From the IMG/VR virus record IMGVR_UViG_3300037245_003639: a stretch of 64,000 nt of DNA. The stretch is one strand, 5' to 3'. The notes under the pieces are model-generated. The model did not search any database. It was given only the letters and a program-made list of their open reading frames with translations, and was not told the DNA's origin. Source of the DNA: a virus. Shown here one piece after another: positions 14,467-26,100 of this stretch (the first letter of the stretch is position 1; each line of letters opens with the position of its first letter). A program made the position numbers and the translations under genes.

Positions 14467-15336
14467 CTATGTGCCACTCGTGACTTCGATTTTCGAGACC
14501 GCGTAATCGTTGATGATAACGATTCCTACCTCTTCATAAATTACCCAACCCAGTCTTAATTTTTTGGGGTCATCAGCGGGCAATACGGTGATATCCTGGC
14601 GAATCGGGAAAGCGCCGACGGTGTCGGGGCTCGCGACAATCAGGACAGTATCCGTATCCATCTTGGACGAGACGTGAATGTCAGCCGTCCAAAGGTGACC
14701 AAACAGACCACTGGTTAGGATCTCTCTGGTCGTGGCTTCGTCATAGAAGTCCTTGCCGAACACTCTGATGGCAGCATACTGGTTGGCGTGGACAACGATC
14801 TTGGTGGCAACGAGGTCGTGCTGCTCAATGAACCTAAACGCGGTGTTCAATGAAGCAGGAGACAGCGAGCCAACGTTGGTGACGATCTGGTCGCCACGGT
14901 TGTCAACAGCCGCAATAAGTGCATTAAAGATGTTCGCATCCTCTTCCTTCTGGATCGCTTCTTTGGCCTTGATCTGTGCGCGGTCTACGATGTAGAACCT
15001 ACGAGCTTTGATCTCGGACAAACGAACCTGTGGGTTCGCAGCGATTTCGAAAGTTGGGACAAGGATTTCTTCGCCTTCCTGAATTTGGTCAGGTACAGCA
15101 CCTCGGCGTGAGATGATGTGGGCGATTGCTGCAACGTCGCGCTCGTAACGAGCCAGTGCGCCTTGCGGAAGCTCGTCAACTAACAGGAGCTTACGGCCAA
15201 CGGCCTGGTATTCAAGCGAACGACGAATTGGCTCTACCATTGCCTGAGCGAGAGCAACGCGACCTTCGTCGGTGTTCAATGCTTGTGCGATGATGGCTTC
15301 TTTTTGTTCGTTCGTAAGTGAATTCTTATCAAACAT
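14467..15336 (-). CDS. Putative major capsid protein, HK97-fold and encapsulin-like (289 aa)
   Basis: The N-terminus LTNEQKEAI...QAVGRKLLLVDELPQGA resembles the encapsulin and HK97-like motif LTEKQ...YGRKFVDV. The gene is the last in the structural operon and is followed by a strong terminator. Part of its N-terminus is copied in ORF 4910..5137. Confidence 0.5.
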   Translation of the reverse strand: MFDKNSLTNEQKEAIIAQALNTDEGRVALAQAMVEPIRRSLEYQAVGRKLLLVDELPQGALARYERDVAAIAHIISRRGAVPDQIQEGEEILVPTFEIAANPQVRLSEIKARRFYIVDRAQIKAKEAIQKEEDANIFNALIAAVDNRGDQIVTNVGSLSPASLNTAFRFIEQHDLVATKIVVHANQYAAIRVFGKDFYDEATTREILTSGLFGHLWTADIHVSSKMDTDTVLIVASPDTVGAFPIRQDITVLPADDPKKLRLGWVIYEEVGIVIINDYAVSKIEVTSGT

Positions 15337-15399
15337 TTATATTTCTCCCTTGGTGTCAGCTAAGAGTCCTTCAACATATTAGCTGAACGAAGTTCAGAT

Positions 15400-16083
15400 T
15401 TAGTGATGCAGTTTGATGTGCAGGAACTGACCCCACTGGATCGAGTTAGCACCTTCTTGGCCACCGAGGCCAGAAGCGAAACCAACATCTGTGCCGGGAA
15501 CACCACTCGGATAGGCCAGCGGGCCATTGAGTGTGAGACCAGCAATCATATTAAACGGTGCAGTTCCTGGCTCTTCAGTAAAGCGACCAGCGCGAGCAAC
15601 AAGCTCACCTGTACCAACGGCTTCGCCGGCACCTGATGCATACAGAATAGATCCAGGATTAAACGCGTTGACGGTCGTGCCGTTCGCCCATGCGATTTCG
15701 TACTGGTCTGTCCAGAACTCACCACCTGAGTGATAGACTGTCATCTGCCCGGAGGCAAGAACTTCGTTGTAGTTATCTGCTATACGGTTCTGGGTAAAGC
15801 GAACGGACGCTCCCAGAGCCCCGAGGACCAACGCGCCCTCGAAAGGTGAAGAAGCCGGGTCACGGCTTTGTGCCGATCCCGATTCGGGTGTGTAACTTGT
15901 AATGCCGGTGGAGCGAGTATCACCTGCAATGCCGAGAGGATACATTGTATCACCATCGCACAAAGTAATCTGGCCGTTCGCCGGGTTTGGCGTGACCAGG
16001 CATCCCTGAGGAATGTTGGTCGTATCGTCGGCGTCGATTGGGTGATCGCTAGCAACGACATGAAATACTTCAATAAGTGCCAT
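15400..16083 (-). CDS. Gly-rich structural protein of 227 aa, possibly a decoration protein
   Basis: The ORF lies immediately upstream of the capsid candidate and has a Gly/Ala/Thr-rich composition. Confidence 0.45.
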   Translation of the reverse strand: MALIEVFHVVASDHPIDADDTTNIPQGCLVTPNPANGQITLCDGDTMYPLGIAGDTRSTGITSYTPESGSAQSRDPASSPFEGALVLGALGASVRFTQNRIADNYNEVLASGQMTVYHSGGEFWTDQYEIAWANGTTVNAFNPGSILYASGAGEAVGTGELVARAGRFTEEPGTAPFNMIAGLTLNGPLAYPSGVPGTDVGFASGLGGQEGANSIQWGQFLHIKLHH

Positions 16084-16147
16084 TGGGATTCTCCTTGGAT
16101 TCTATGGCTTCTATGCTTACTTGTTTATTGCCACAGCTTGTGGCAGT

Positions 16148-19100
16148 TTAGCGCCACAACTCGTGGCTTCCTTTGTCGTCTGATAGTTTTCGATAATCCT
16201 CATTACGCTTATCGAGCGTAAACATACTCTGGACTGTTTCTCTCAAATCACTTTTGTTGTCATCCTGTGTTCCAGAGGTTTTTAGGAGAAACGGTGTTTC
16301 AACTGAATCTTTCGATGCTTGCCGACGCAACCCCTTAGTTCCTAATGCTTTTGTAATCAACTTTTGATAGTCAGCTAACATTTCGGTAGATGCTTTGGAC
16401 AACTCTTTTACTTTTCCTGGTAGTTCGTCTATTGAGATTTCATTGAGTTTCAACAGTTGTCCAGCAATCTTGGTTGCTGTTTCTACTTTTGAGGCCATTG
16501 CGGCAATATCGTTTTCTTTGCCCAAAATCTGTTCCTGTTTCTCAGGATCGTATTTTTCTACTGTGTCGTATTCGGGATGGCTGCCTCCGCCCGCTGGGTA
16601 CTCAGGGCCATCCAACTCATTCGTGTATGTATGTTCACGGGCAAGTTGGCCGCCTTCTGGTGCCTCGGGGACGCTTGGTTCGCTCATCCCTTCACTCGGC
16701 TTCTTCTCGTCAACTCCCAGGCTGTGTGATTCGTCAGCGTGTGTCTTACCTTGACCTGGGCCAGAGCTTGGGTTTAGATCTGGATCGTCTTCTAACTTCC
16801 TTACGTTCTTCGTTGTAACTGTTTGGCTTTCCTTTATTTTCTTGTAATTTTGTGCTTTACGTCCACAGGTACATGGACACTTGTCACATTTTTCGCATAC
16901 TTGCTTATCTTCCATGGGTTTGAATTTGGCGATCAGGACGACGTTTTCGTTTTGATCTACATTGAGGTCATAGATCATGCCGTCTGTCAGTTTGACCTGT
17001 TCTTCACCTGCATCTGCCTTCTTCATAAAAGCCGCATAGAATTTGTGGTCTTTTGAGACAGTCCAGATGCGGGCCGTTTTGGTATTTGCCATATCGTTTC
17101 CTTCGCTAGTTGTAGCGGCAGTTTTGACTGGTTTCTTCGACGCAGCCGCCGAAGTCATTGGCCCACCGCCCTGGTTTCCATCAACCACATTGCCTTTTTC
17201 TGGCTTGAAATGTTGCTCACCAGCCATGAGAGGCGAGCCATGCGGGACAGTAGGCAGATCGCCAGTCTCGCTAATAGTAATATCTGCTGTTTCATCACCC
17301 AGCGTGGCTTGTGCCCGTGGGACATCTGGTTTCGACTTTACATCGGTGGTAAATGAATCTTCATGGCCCATACTCCCACCGTCTTTTATTTTTCCAATCC
17401 CGTCAGTTTCTTGGACAGGAGTTGCTTTGATCTTTTCGCCTTCACTGGCGCCTTTGTACTCCATCTTTTTGACATCGCCGTCCGACTTAGCCGCAGTTTT
17501 CTGAGCAGCAGCTTCGGCTTGGGCCAAAAGACCTCCAAAAACGCTATCGAGAGAGTTTTGGTAAGTCTTGATGGTGCCGCGCTTCATGCCGTATAGCTCG
17601 TCGTCAAGACTTGCTTCTTTTACTTGCCCCTCGGTTTCTGCGAAGGGGAGTCTAGATTCTGGCTTTGGTTTTGACTGGATTTCTGGTTTGGATTCCATTG
17701 GCATTGGTTTGGCTTTTGCTTCTGGAGCTTCCATTTCCATTTCCTTGTCTTCGCCAGTAGTATGCTTCTCTAGCATCTCCTTTTCTTCGGGCTCTTCAAA
17801 GGGATTTCCTTCAGCCTCGGGTTCTCCTTCGGGCTCTTCTTCAACCAGCCCTGGAATCCCCTCTTCGCTTTCTTCCATTCCTGGAATTCCCTCTTCGTCT
17901 TCACCCTCTTCCACGGTATCTTCGGTGATATCTCCGACATCGAGTATGTCATCACCTGTCTCATCAATCATGCCTTCGCCAAGTTGTCCCTGGAGAGCAT
18001 CAAAGAGTACTTGAAGGGCTTCCATGGCATCTGGAGGGAGCTGAATCGTGATACCTTCGTCACCGAGACCAATGAGATCATCGTTGGCCATTTCATCGAA
18101 ACCGCCATCCATGTCATCGAAACCGCCATCCATTTCAATGCTCATGTCCATCTCGGTACCGTTGTCTTCAGCCATATCCATACCCATCTCATCGGTATTG
18201 GTTATGACATCATCCATTGGCTGAGGAATGTCAGGCATTTGTTTCATGCCGCCTGGTTCACCCATCGGATCTCCTAGCGGAGAGCCGCCCATTGGACCCG
18301 CCGATGGATCTGCCATAGGATCTGCTGCTCCCGGCTCAGCCATTGGCTTGGGCATAGGAGAAAGCATCTGATCTGCTGGGGCAGCGCCCATTCCTGGAGC
18401 GCCCATTGGTTTCGGTGCCATTCCTGGAGCGCCCATTCCTGGAGCGCCCATTCCTGGAGCTTCCATTGGCTTCGGTGCCATGCCTGGAGCGCCTATTGGG
18501 TCTGTCGGAGGAGCCATCATTGGCTTGGCCTGACCGCCACCTGGTAGCTTCGGCGTCTTAGTTGCCGGGTCCATTGCTCCACTTGGAGCAGGCATTGGTT
18601 TGGCATGCATTGGTTTGGCACGCATTGGCTTCATCTGAAGTGGATTGATCTGAGCAATAGATTCGATGACCAATTCTTCAGCAGAAGCATATGCTGCTCG
18701 GAGAGAGTCACAGACCGTGCAAGCATCGCCCACGTCCATGTTGTTATCACGGACGAGCATAGCCACGCAGGTCTTCATTGGGCTACTGACCATGGGGTTC
18801 TTGTTGGCTTGCATCGAAGCAACCTTCGCTGCCAAGCCATCGGAATAGATACCCATCGAAGAAAGCTGACCACAAACGCAATTAGCTAAAGGTTTGCCTT
18901 CACATGGACCGCTCATTGCCGTGGCATTTTCACCAAAGCGGCGAGCGATACGTTCCATGCAACTGGCGGATGGGAATTTATCAAATTTATCGTAACCCTT
19001 CCAACGTGCGGAAGCGGCAATCTTCTTCAACGGTAGAGGCTCTTGCATTGCAGCCTCAAGGTCGAGTGTACCAGCCTTGGCCATCTTCAAGATGATTTCA

Positions 19101-21583
19101 CCCTGCTCTGCTGCGCCACGAAGTTGACCAAATTCACCCCAAGACATGCCGTAATCGTTCAGCGAAGTGATAAACGCCGTGCGAAGACGATTACAACCAG
19201 AGCAAGATGCTTCGCTTGTCATGGGTTGCCAAATATACTGGCCATAGAGACGATTCTTTTTGCCTTTGGCCATTTTGACTTGGACGTTGAATTCTTGCAT
19301 ACATTCCCAACAGATTCCATCGTTGCCTTTATGTGTAGCAGACTTATCTATTTCAGTGTCGCTGCTACCACAACTGGGGCATACTTTACCAAATTGAACT
19401 TCTTGAGATGCAAGTTTCTCAAGAATTCGTGGGGTCAGGCGGAAACTGGCTGCGACGGGGACATTAGGAAGTGTCGTGCCACCTTCTTCTATGCCTGCTT
19501 CCATGCCAGCCTCTTCGGCTCCGATGCCCATGCCTTCTTCTTCTCCAAGCCCAAATCCGCCTTGTTCCTCGTCGCCTGTCTCTTGAATGGTTTCAGGCCA
19601 CTTGGCGACATCGAGTTTGACACTAATATTACCTTCGGCTCCACAGTTATTACAGCGGAACTCACCATTATCTACGTCAACGTCTTCACCGCCACATGCT
19701 GGACAAACGGAACCTGGTGGTTTAGGTTCACTTCCGCCAAGTCCCTCTTCCTCTCCCATCATAGGATCTTGTGATAGTGCTTCACCGGCAGGAGGTTGAC
19801 CCATATCTCCGCCGCCGGGTGGAGGTGCTGGATTGGCCATGTCTGGTCCTGCTGCTGGCGGCATGCCGCCTGCTCCACCCATTTGAGCGGTTTTGACTGT
19901 TTCTGGGTTAGAAGTCCTTCGAAAGAGATTTACTCCACTACCTTCTCTTGCTTTCCTTTCCTCTTCTTCTGCTGCTTTTTCTGCTGCTTCTTTTTCTCTT
20001 CTTGCTAGCGTAGCTGCGCTCGGAGCATTTGCTTCTTCCTCGGGTGTTTCTTCTGCTTCTTTAGCCAGTTTTCGACGATTCTCTGCTCGCTTGGAGAGTT
20101 CTTTCTCGTGTCTACTGGCTTCGATGAATTGAATCTCAAAAGCCCCCTTTTCAGTATTGACATCGAGCATATTGGGGACAAGTTCTATTTTCTTTCCTAC
20201 TTTGGCTAAGATCTTCTCAGAAGCAAATTGAGCTGCTGCTTTAGCAAACTCATCTTTGTCTTCAACTTTCACACCAGTTGCTTCTACTACTTCTTCAACT
20301 GGGCCAGCGTAGGCATAACGGCCATCCGAATCATCGCCTTCGACGATATCTTCTCTTCCTGCCAGAACTTGCTGGAAGACTGAAGTATTCTCTGATTCTT
20401 TGACGTTGCTATCAGAGTTTGCAAGCACTTGGTCTGATGCATCGTTGATGCGGTCAGCAAATGTTGCATCAGCGGCCATTGCGACGAGACCCTCAACAAT
20501 ATGGCGAGGGTCATAAGCGATTTTGGCTAATTGACGAATAAGGACATCTGCGGCCAAGAATTCTGACCACTCGGTACCAGTGTTCGCTGTCTTGCCGAAG
20601 TGTCTGGCTTTTGCGATCTTCTTATTAATGACAGAAACGTCATGCTCAGCATAACGTTTCAGGGTATCAGCCAGAACTCTGTATTTTGTTTCATCCGATA
20701 CAAGCCGACTGGCAATGCCTGCCAATTCTTGAGGGGTAATACCTACGGAGATAACTGTCTTGCCGAAAGCATCCAGAGCCTCTTTGATAATCTTCCCAGC
20801 AATTTCAGCCGTCAATCTGGCGAGTTCGCCGTCTTGCTGAGGGAGCTGGTCTTTACCTTCGGTGACTGTTAGAGGTTCGGTCCATTTATGGTGACGCAGC
20901 AACTCCATGAGTTGCTTCTCGCCGGTTTGTTTGTGTTGTTTCTCTAGACCGCCGTCATATTTCGATCCGATTTCGCCACGCTCTGAAGCTCCAACGTCGG
21001 TATAGTCATCGACGCCTTGGTTGAATTGATCTTCGGTGACAGTGTTGCGGTCTTCTTGCTTCCAATCACCAGCGGTTCGGTCAACCCCATAAAAAGTAGT
21101 CCGCTCATCGCGGAATTGACCTTGGGTGATAATGTCGTAGGTTCCAGGGCGCTGGCCATGTTCTGGAAGTTGTCTCTGAGTAATATTAGTATAGTAGTCT
21201 TCCCAACGAGGGTGAAGACTGGTTTTCTGGTCGTCAAACTGTTTTTGGGTAATCTTGTCAGAGGTGTCAGTGTCAAGAGTGGCATGCGCTGCCTCTTTTT
21301 CCATCTCTTCTGCATCAAAGCTCGCTACAAATTCACCTAAAATTTCTTGTGCTGCGTCCTGAGGATCTGAATTTATGAGTTCGACAAGACTGTCATCTAG
21401 TTCCGCAACCCTTATTGCAGCAATTTTCTCTCCATCGAAAAAATGATCGATGCTGGTTTTGGAAATGATGATTTTGTATTGGCCTTTCTCGGCCTCTACT
21501 TTGGTGGATACGTTAGAACTCGCTTGCTTGATCCGGTTTCGGAGCTTGTGGACGAGTTCTTGACGTTTGGCTGTATCTAACAT
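16148..21583 (-). CDS. Giant acidic protein of about 1811 aa with Pro/Met/Gly repeats and two Zn-ribbon modules. Likely an internal virion protein.
   Basis: The corrected start is MLDTAKRQ, preceded by TAGGAGCC and a 6-nt spacer. It contains (GAPGM)n repeats, the motifs CPACGG...CNNCG and CPSCGSS...CWEC, and long Asp/Glu-rich tracts. Confidence 0.6.
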   Translation of the reverse strand: MLDTAKRQELVHKLRNRIKQASSNVSTKVEAEKGQYKIIISKTSIDHFFDGEKIAAIRVAELDDSLVELINSDPQDAAQEILGEFVASFDAEEMEKEAAHATLDTDTSDKITQKQFDDQKTSLHPRWEDYYTNITQRQLPEHGQRPGTYDIITQGQFRDERTTFYGVDRTAGDWKQEDRNTVTEDQFNQGVDDYTDVGASERGEIGSKYDGGLEKQHKQTGEKQLMELLRHHKWTEPLTVTEGKDQLPQQDGELARLTAEIAGKIIKEALDAFGKTVISVGITPQELAGIASRLVSDETKYRVLADTLKRYAEHDVSVINKKIAKARHFGKTANTGTEWSEFLAADVLIRQLAKIAYDPRHIVEGLVAMAADATFADRINDASDQVLANSDSNVKESENTSVFQQVLAGREDIVEGDDSDGRYAYAGPVEEVVEATGVKVEDKDEFAKAAAQFASEKILAKVGKKIELVPNMLDVNTEKGAFEIQFIEASRHEKELSKRAENRRKLAKEAEETPEEEANAPSAATLARREKEAAEKAAEEEERKAREGSGVNLFRRTSNPETVKTAQMGGAGGMPPAAGPDMANPAPPPGGGDMGQPPAGEALSQDPMMGEEEGLGGSEPKPPGSVCPACGGEDVDVDNGEFRCNNCGAEGNISVKLDVAKWPETIQETGDEEQGGFGLGEEEGMGIGAEEAGMEAGIEEGGTTLPNVPVAASFRLTPRILEKLASQEVQFGKVCPSCGSSDTEIDKSATHKGNDGICWECMQEFNVQVKMAKGKKNRLYGQYIWQPMTSEASCSGCNRLRTAFITSLNDYGMSWGEFGQLRGAAEQGEIILKMAKAGTLDLEAAMQEPLPLKKIAASARWKGYDKFDKFPSASCMERIARRFGENATAMSGPCEGKPLANCVCGQLSSMGIYSDGLAAKVASMQANKNPMVSSPMKTCVAMLVRDNNMDVGDACTVCDSLRAAYASAEELVIESIAQINPLQMKPMRAKPMHAKPMPAPSGAMDPATKTPKLPGGGQAKPMMAPPTDPIGAPGMAPKPMEAPGMGAPGMGAPGMAPKPMGAPGMGAAPADQMLSPMPKPMAEPGAADPMADPSAGPMGGSPLGDPMGEPGGMKQMPDIPQPMDDVITNTDEMGMDMAEDNGTEMDMSIEMDGGFDDMDGGFDEMANDDLIGLGDEGITIQLPPDAMEALQVLFDALQGQLGEGMIDETGDDILDVGDITEDTVEEGEDEEGIPGMEESEEGIPGLVEEEPEGEPEAEGNPFEEPEEKEMLEKHTTGEDKEMEMEAPEAKAKPMPMESKPEIQSKPKPESRLPFAETEGQVKEASLDDELYGMKRGTIKTYQNSLDSVFGGLLAQAEAAAQKTAAKSDGDVKKMEYKGASEGEKIKATPVQETDGIGKIKDGGSMGHEDSFTTDVKSKPDVPRAQATLGDETADITISETGDLPTVPHGSPLMAGEQHFKPEKGNVVDGNQGGGPMTSAAASKKPVKTAATTSEGNDMANTKTARIWTVSKDHKFYAAFMKKADAGEEQVKLTDGMIYDLNVDQNENVVLIAKFKPMEDKQVCEKCDKCPCTCGRKAQNYKKIKESQTVTTKNVRKLEDDPDLNPSSGPGQGKTHADESHSLGVDEKKPSEGMSEPSVPEAPEGGQLAREHTYTNELDGPEYPAGGGSHPEYDTVEKYDPEKQEQILGKENDIAAMASKVETATKIAGQLLKLNEISIDELPGKVKELSKASTEMLADYQKLITKALGTKGLRRQASKDSVETPFLLKTSGTQDDNKSDLRETVQSMFTLDKRNEDYRKLSDDKGSHELWR
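18384..18500. repeat. In-frame tandem repeats, cattcctggagcgcc units, encoding (GAPGM)n in the giant protein
   Basis: Direct repeats of 15 to 30 bp are visible. Confidence 0.6.
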
Positions 21584-21674
21584 ATTTTTGGCTCCTATTA
21601 GTATGCACAATAGGTAGACAATACCCCATAGGCATTGAATTTTCTTTCAAATTCTGGCACAGATTTCCTTTGTA

Positions 21675-21705
21675 TTTTTATCAAAACCCGTGTCGAAGTG
21701 TCAAA
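21675..21705 (-). promoter_or_regulatory. Candidate sigma70-like promoter upstream of the giant gene: TTGACA-N17-ATAAAA with TG
   Basis: The minus-strand sequence TTGACACTTCGACACGGGTTTTGATAAAAAT lies about 100 nt upstream of ATG 21583. Confidence 0.3.
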
Positions 21706-23116
21706 TCTGGAATGGTAACTGAAGTTTTTTCTTCGGTTTTATTTCTAGTTCTAACCTTAAGAGTTTTTCCCTGGTAAAGTTCAAGTCAGTCTTTAGGTCC
21801 AATTCCTTTTCCTTTCGAATCAACTGGCTAGACAACTTATCAAAGTTTATTCTTCTTGTAGTTGCTTGTGGAGAAGTAATAGTCCCCACCTGACCTGCTG
21901 GTCCTGACTTTATTCCACCTCCAGGAGCAACTGAGTGAGTAGGAGGTTGATCACCCATTTCCGGCGTAGGGGGTTGCCCTGGAACTTCAGCCTCTGGTTG
22001 TCCTGTTTCTGGTGGAGATTGAAGGCGCCCATAACCCTGTTGCGTCAATTCATCCGTCACGGTTTGAAGATCAGCCAGAACTTTTACTAAATCGCTCAAA
22101 AACTCCAGATCAAGTTGGTCTTTTTGTGCCAACATAGATTGGGACACAGAAGTTATAGCGTCCAATGCGTCCTGTAATTTCTGAATCTCATTTTGCCCAG
22201 CCAATTTCATGCAGCCTTGATCTGAGCACATGACATCAGTCTCAGCCGCAATTCTTAGCAATTTCGGTAGCCGCTGTCCTATATCAGCCACTTTTGCAAG
22301 AAAGTCCTGGGGATCTATTACTTCTGTGACACCGCAATCTGAGCAAGCCGGGTTGACAACGAAACTGTTCTCGATGAACTTGATGCCGTAGTTGTATTCA
22401 TAGGCTTTATCACTGACTGCATAAGTATTTGTTTCACCTTTTTTACACTGACAGAGAGGACATTCATCTTCATCGCCATGTTCATGGTATTTGCATTTCT
22501 GTTTCTTGGCTTCGATCTGCCGAGTTTTTCTCTCTCGAATATGCTCACAATACTGGTCAGGAGTCTCTGCTTTATTGTGGCAGATAGAGCAGATAGAATA
22601 CTTGACTTGGCATCCCATTGAAGTTCCCATGATATATTCTTCTTTGATACCACGGGCCAATTGGGGATAGGCTTCGGCATCCACCCGAGCAATAATCATG
22701 ATGCCTTTACGATTTTCATCCCACCAAGAATGAACGACTTTACCTCGGGCAGCTTCGGCATCAGCGTTATTGTGGTTTGTGAAAACCGGAACTCCTACAA
22801 ATGTAGATGTGGCTTCCTTTAGTTCGGTATATCCAAACCAGTCACCGTTATCGTTCATCTCATCTGCTTTGATGGCAAAGCATTTGACGAATAGAGAGTC
22901 AGGGTGAGATTTGATTTCTGCTTCAAGATCGAAACGAGTAGCGTCACTATCCGTTCCCATCTCAGCCTCTTTATTGGATGCCGTGATTATCCGCAATGTA
23001 GCAGCTAGAGCTTCCTTATCCGCTTCAACTGCCTGATCTTTGAAAAACGAATATCTTGTCGGCGTATTGAGGAGCTTTGGTTCTATGAATATGAATTGGG
23101 CTATTTTTTCGAACAT
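21701..23116 (-). CDS. Cys-rich protein in the structural operon, function unknown (471 aa)
   Basis: It carries a cluster of at least ten Cys residues with CxxC spacing (CSICHNKAETPDQYC, ECPLCQC, ACSDCG and others). The C-terminus is Pro/Gln-rich. Confidence 0.55.
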   Translation of the reverse strand: MFEKIAQFIFIEPKLLNTPTRYSFFKDQAVEADKEALAATLRIITASNKEAEMGTDSDATRFDLEAEIKSHPDSLFVKCFAIKADEMNDNGDWFGYTELKEATSTFVGVPVFTNHNNADAEAARGKVVHSWWDENRKGIMIIARVDAEAYPQLARGIKEEYIMGTSMGCQVKYSICSICHNKAETPDQYCEHIRERKTRQIEAKKQKCKYHEHGDEDECPLCQCKKGETNTYAVSDKAYEYNYGIKFIENSFVVNPACSDCGVTEVIDPQDFLAKVADIGQRLPKLLRIAAETDVMCSDQGCMKLAGQNEIQKLQDALDAITSVSQSMLAQKDQLDLEFLSDLVKVLADLQTVTDELTQQGYGRLQSPPETGQPEAEVPGQPPTPEMGDQPPTHSVAPGGGIKSGPAGQVGTITSPQATTRRINFDKLSSQLIRKEKELDLKTDLNFTREKLLRLELEIKPKKKLQLPFQI

Positions 23117-23117
23117 A

Positions 23118-26100
23118 TTACTCCTCGTTTAGGACTTGTAGCAAAACATCTAGTTTGTCTGCTAGTTTAGTCTGCCCTTGTTTATCCAGTTTGTTTGCCA
23201 AACTAAGCAGAACATTTTCTTTAGATGAGTGCCGCAATTTAGCTAGCATAGGATCTGGACCTTTACGCACAAGCGGCTTCATCTTTTTTCGTCTACCAAT
23301 ATAACCAGGCTCTGACATGGGGAATTCTTTGGGCGCCGTTGGCATAGCTTTTGGCATAGCATTGGGTTCTTCCTCTTCCTGCCCTGGAGGAAAAGCGATC
23401 CCGGGTTGGCCCGGAGGTATCTGTTCTTCCGGTAATCCTGGTATCTGTGGTGCGAGTTGTCCAGGAGTAGGCTGTTCCACTGGAGGAACTTCTTGTATTG
23501 CTGGAACTATCTCTTCTGGCTGTTGCGGTGGCGCTTGCTCATAACCTGCTCCAGGGGGAGCCGCCATAGGTTGCTCTTGCACGTTAGCCGCGGTCTCATC
23601 ACCCGCTGCCATAATATCTTCTAAAACTGCTGCTGCTCCCAAATCTTGAGAATCAACGATGCGAGACCTATTCATTGGGTCAGTAATAGCGATGTCCAGA
23701 TCAACTCCCATTTGTACAAGTTCTTCTTTCACTTTGACCATGGTTTTGTCCATGGCTTGCTTGAGTTTTTCAATATTCAAACTTATAGGAACAAAAATGA
23801 TTGCCAAGTCTTCCTTGAGTTGAGGATAGAGTCTTTCCAGCTCAGCTAAGGCATCTTGGTATGAATACGTATTCGGCAATCGGACAGAGAATGACTCTTT
23901 GGTCTCTTTACCGCGCAGAGTTCGCGCGAAACCAGATCCGGAACTTTTTAGCCCTATCCAGAATGTCATATCTTCCATCACTCGGACAATCCCATGCGGA
24001 CGTTCTGGCTGGAAGACTTCTTCTCTTTCTATTCCTTGTTGAGGATGCTGTGTCACACGTCCTGCTGCCGGATCTGGAGCCCCTTCGGGAGCAGTGTAAA
24101 GCCCGGGCTCTGCCGCGCTTCTTCCGGGTCTTGCTGCGCGGGGCCTTCTGCGATGTTTACTCGAAAGTTCTGACAATAATGGATCGTTCGAACCCTCCGG
24201 TGAAGTGAAAGCATATTTGATACCGAAGGTGATTTTACCACCATCATTTTTGCCTGTGGTTGAAGAATAGCTTCTTCCAAATGATAGATGATGAGCTTCG
24301 TCATCCGCAGTACGCTTTTCTTTAGGTACTGCGGCCATATCCAAGGGCTTCAGCCCCGCAGCTTCTCGTTTGGCATTTTTTTGTTCAATTATTTTCTGAG
24401 CAGCATCAGGATCGTATTTTTGGACAATACGTTCTTCACAAGCTCTTACCATCAGAGCATGTAAGAAGTCCATCATCTTAGATACTGCATATCCGTTTTG
24501 ATGAAGTTGCTGGTACAGGTTGTCAGAAATTCCAGTGCTCTTCGCCTTTTGCGGTTTTCTGCCACTGGCTTTCAAAGTGCTCAACAGAGCTTTCTCTTCT
24601 TTGCTCTCACCTCCTGGCCGCATACTGTTTAGTCTTTGTAATCCTTCAGGGTCAGATTGAATGAGTCTGATGAGTTCGGTGGATTCTGCCTTATCAGAGA
24701 AATTTACATCTTGAACCTTGTTAGTAAAAAATGCTGCAATTCTTTCTCCGTCACGCAGATGTTCTAGCCAACCTGAATTTAATATCTGTTCAGCTTTTTT
24801 GCTGACTATCGCTTTATTCCACTCTGACGCGTAAGACATCTGAAGATATTGCTCCAACTCATCTTTGCTTCTGGGTTGCCCTGTGGCCGAATCGTAGAGA
24901 AGATTTTCCTGGAAAGATTCGGCGCTAGTGCGATTTCCAAGGCTATTTTGTCTCTGGTACTTTCGATCCAGTTCTTCTTGAGCTAAGTCCAATTCTTCTT
25001 GGGTTCTGGGCCGTCCAGTGGACGGATTATTTGGCTCCACTTCAGTGCGCTGTCCCACTGTACCAATGTATTTGGACCAAACATCCATTGCTCCCCCGAT
25101 GTCCTGGCCTCGTCGAGCTTTGTCGAAAAGCTTTTGGACATTTTTGCCAGAAGCTTGGCGTGTTCTCTGCCTGCCAAATTGTCTTCGACCTGTATATTCT
25201 GGGTTTGGCTCTTGTAATGTTGCTAACGCTTTAGTGGCCCACTCCCCCACTCTTGGGTCAGCGAAGAATTTCTCTACTAATTCGTTGCCGGTATTGACCA
25301 AAACGCTTCTGCATAAATTCCCCTGATCAGTGTTATATGTAACTCCTTCACCCATATGCTTGGGTAAAGATATCACTGGAGGAAGCACCATCATCTGAGG
25401 AGCTAACATGCCTGGCGAGACTAACGACGGATCAGAATCAAACCCATTGGATGTATAAGTCATGCTGTAACCAGGGACAATAAATCCACCCTTTTGGGGA
25501 ATATTCTTCGTGGTTGTATTCAGCTTCGCTCTCTGGACTTCACCGGGTTCATGCTTTTGTAAAGCATACAACAGATACTGAAGCTCTTTGTTATTCAAAT
25601 CAAGACAATAAGAGTTTTTAGTTAGTCCTTTACCCTTTAGAGCATTTGTTCTAAACCCTCGCATGGGTTGTCCTTGTGAGTCAGTCCCGAAATTAGCCAT
25701 TTGAACGTTCATTTGTTCGGGTTGCCAGTTTCCGTCTGGACTTAGTCGCAATACCTCTCTTTGTATGTCTGCCTGAGTCGGAGCAGAGATGGATTTCTCA
25801 TATTGCTCGATAATCTTTGCTTCTTGTTGTTTTGCTGCGTGACGTAAAGTCTCGTAGCGTATTCCTTTGTCCTGTGATTCTGATGCTCTGCTGGCCGTAA
25901 TGGCTTGATCAATATCTTTACGGATAACCTGACGCAGCAATCTCGGGTCCATTCGAAAGCCCTGGTAAATCTTCGTTTGTATAGCCCGCAATAGATATGT
26001 AGGATATGTGATTTTGAAGACAGCATCGGGACCGAACTCTCGGTCGTTACTGTTTTGGTAAGTGGCTTTAGGTACACCTTGATCTGGTTTGTTCATGCGA

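Noticed and set aside
16131-16167. Two short hairpins (GCCACA..TGTGGC) at the 3' end of the giant gene as a terminator
   Set aside because: No U-tract follows them, and one lies inside the coding sequence. They are weaker than the terminators at 14385 and 50328.
19043-19774. Plus-strand ORFs of 60-243 aa antisense to the giant minus-strand genes (e.g. 19043..19774, 17043..17504, 27856..28110, 28176..28532)
   Set aside because: They lie entirely inside long minus-strand genes with coherent coding features. They arise from low-complexity or repeat sequence and have no RBS.
21701-23116. Calling the 471-aa Cys-rich protein a prohead protease or scaffold because of its position before the giant protein
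   Set aside because: I could not recognise a catalytic Ser/His signature. Position alone is not enough.
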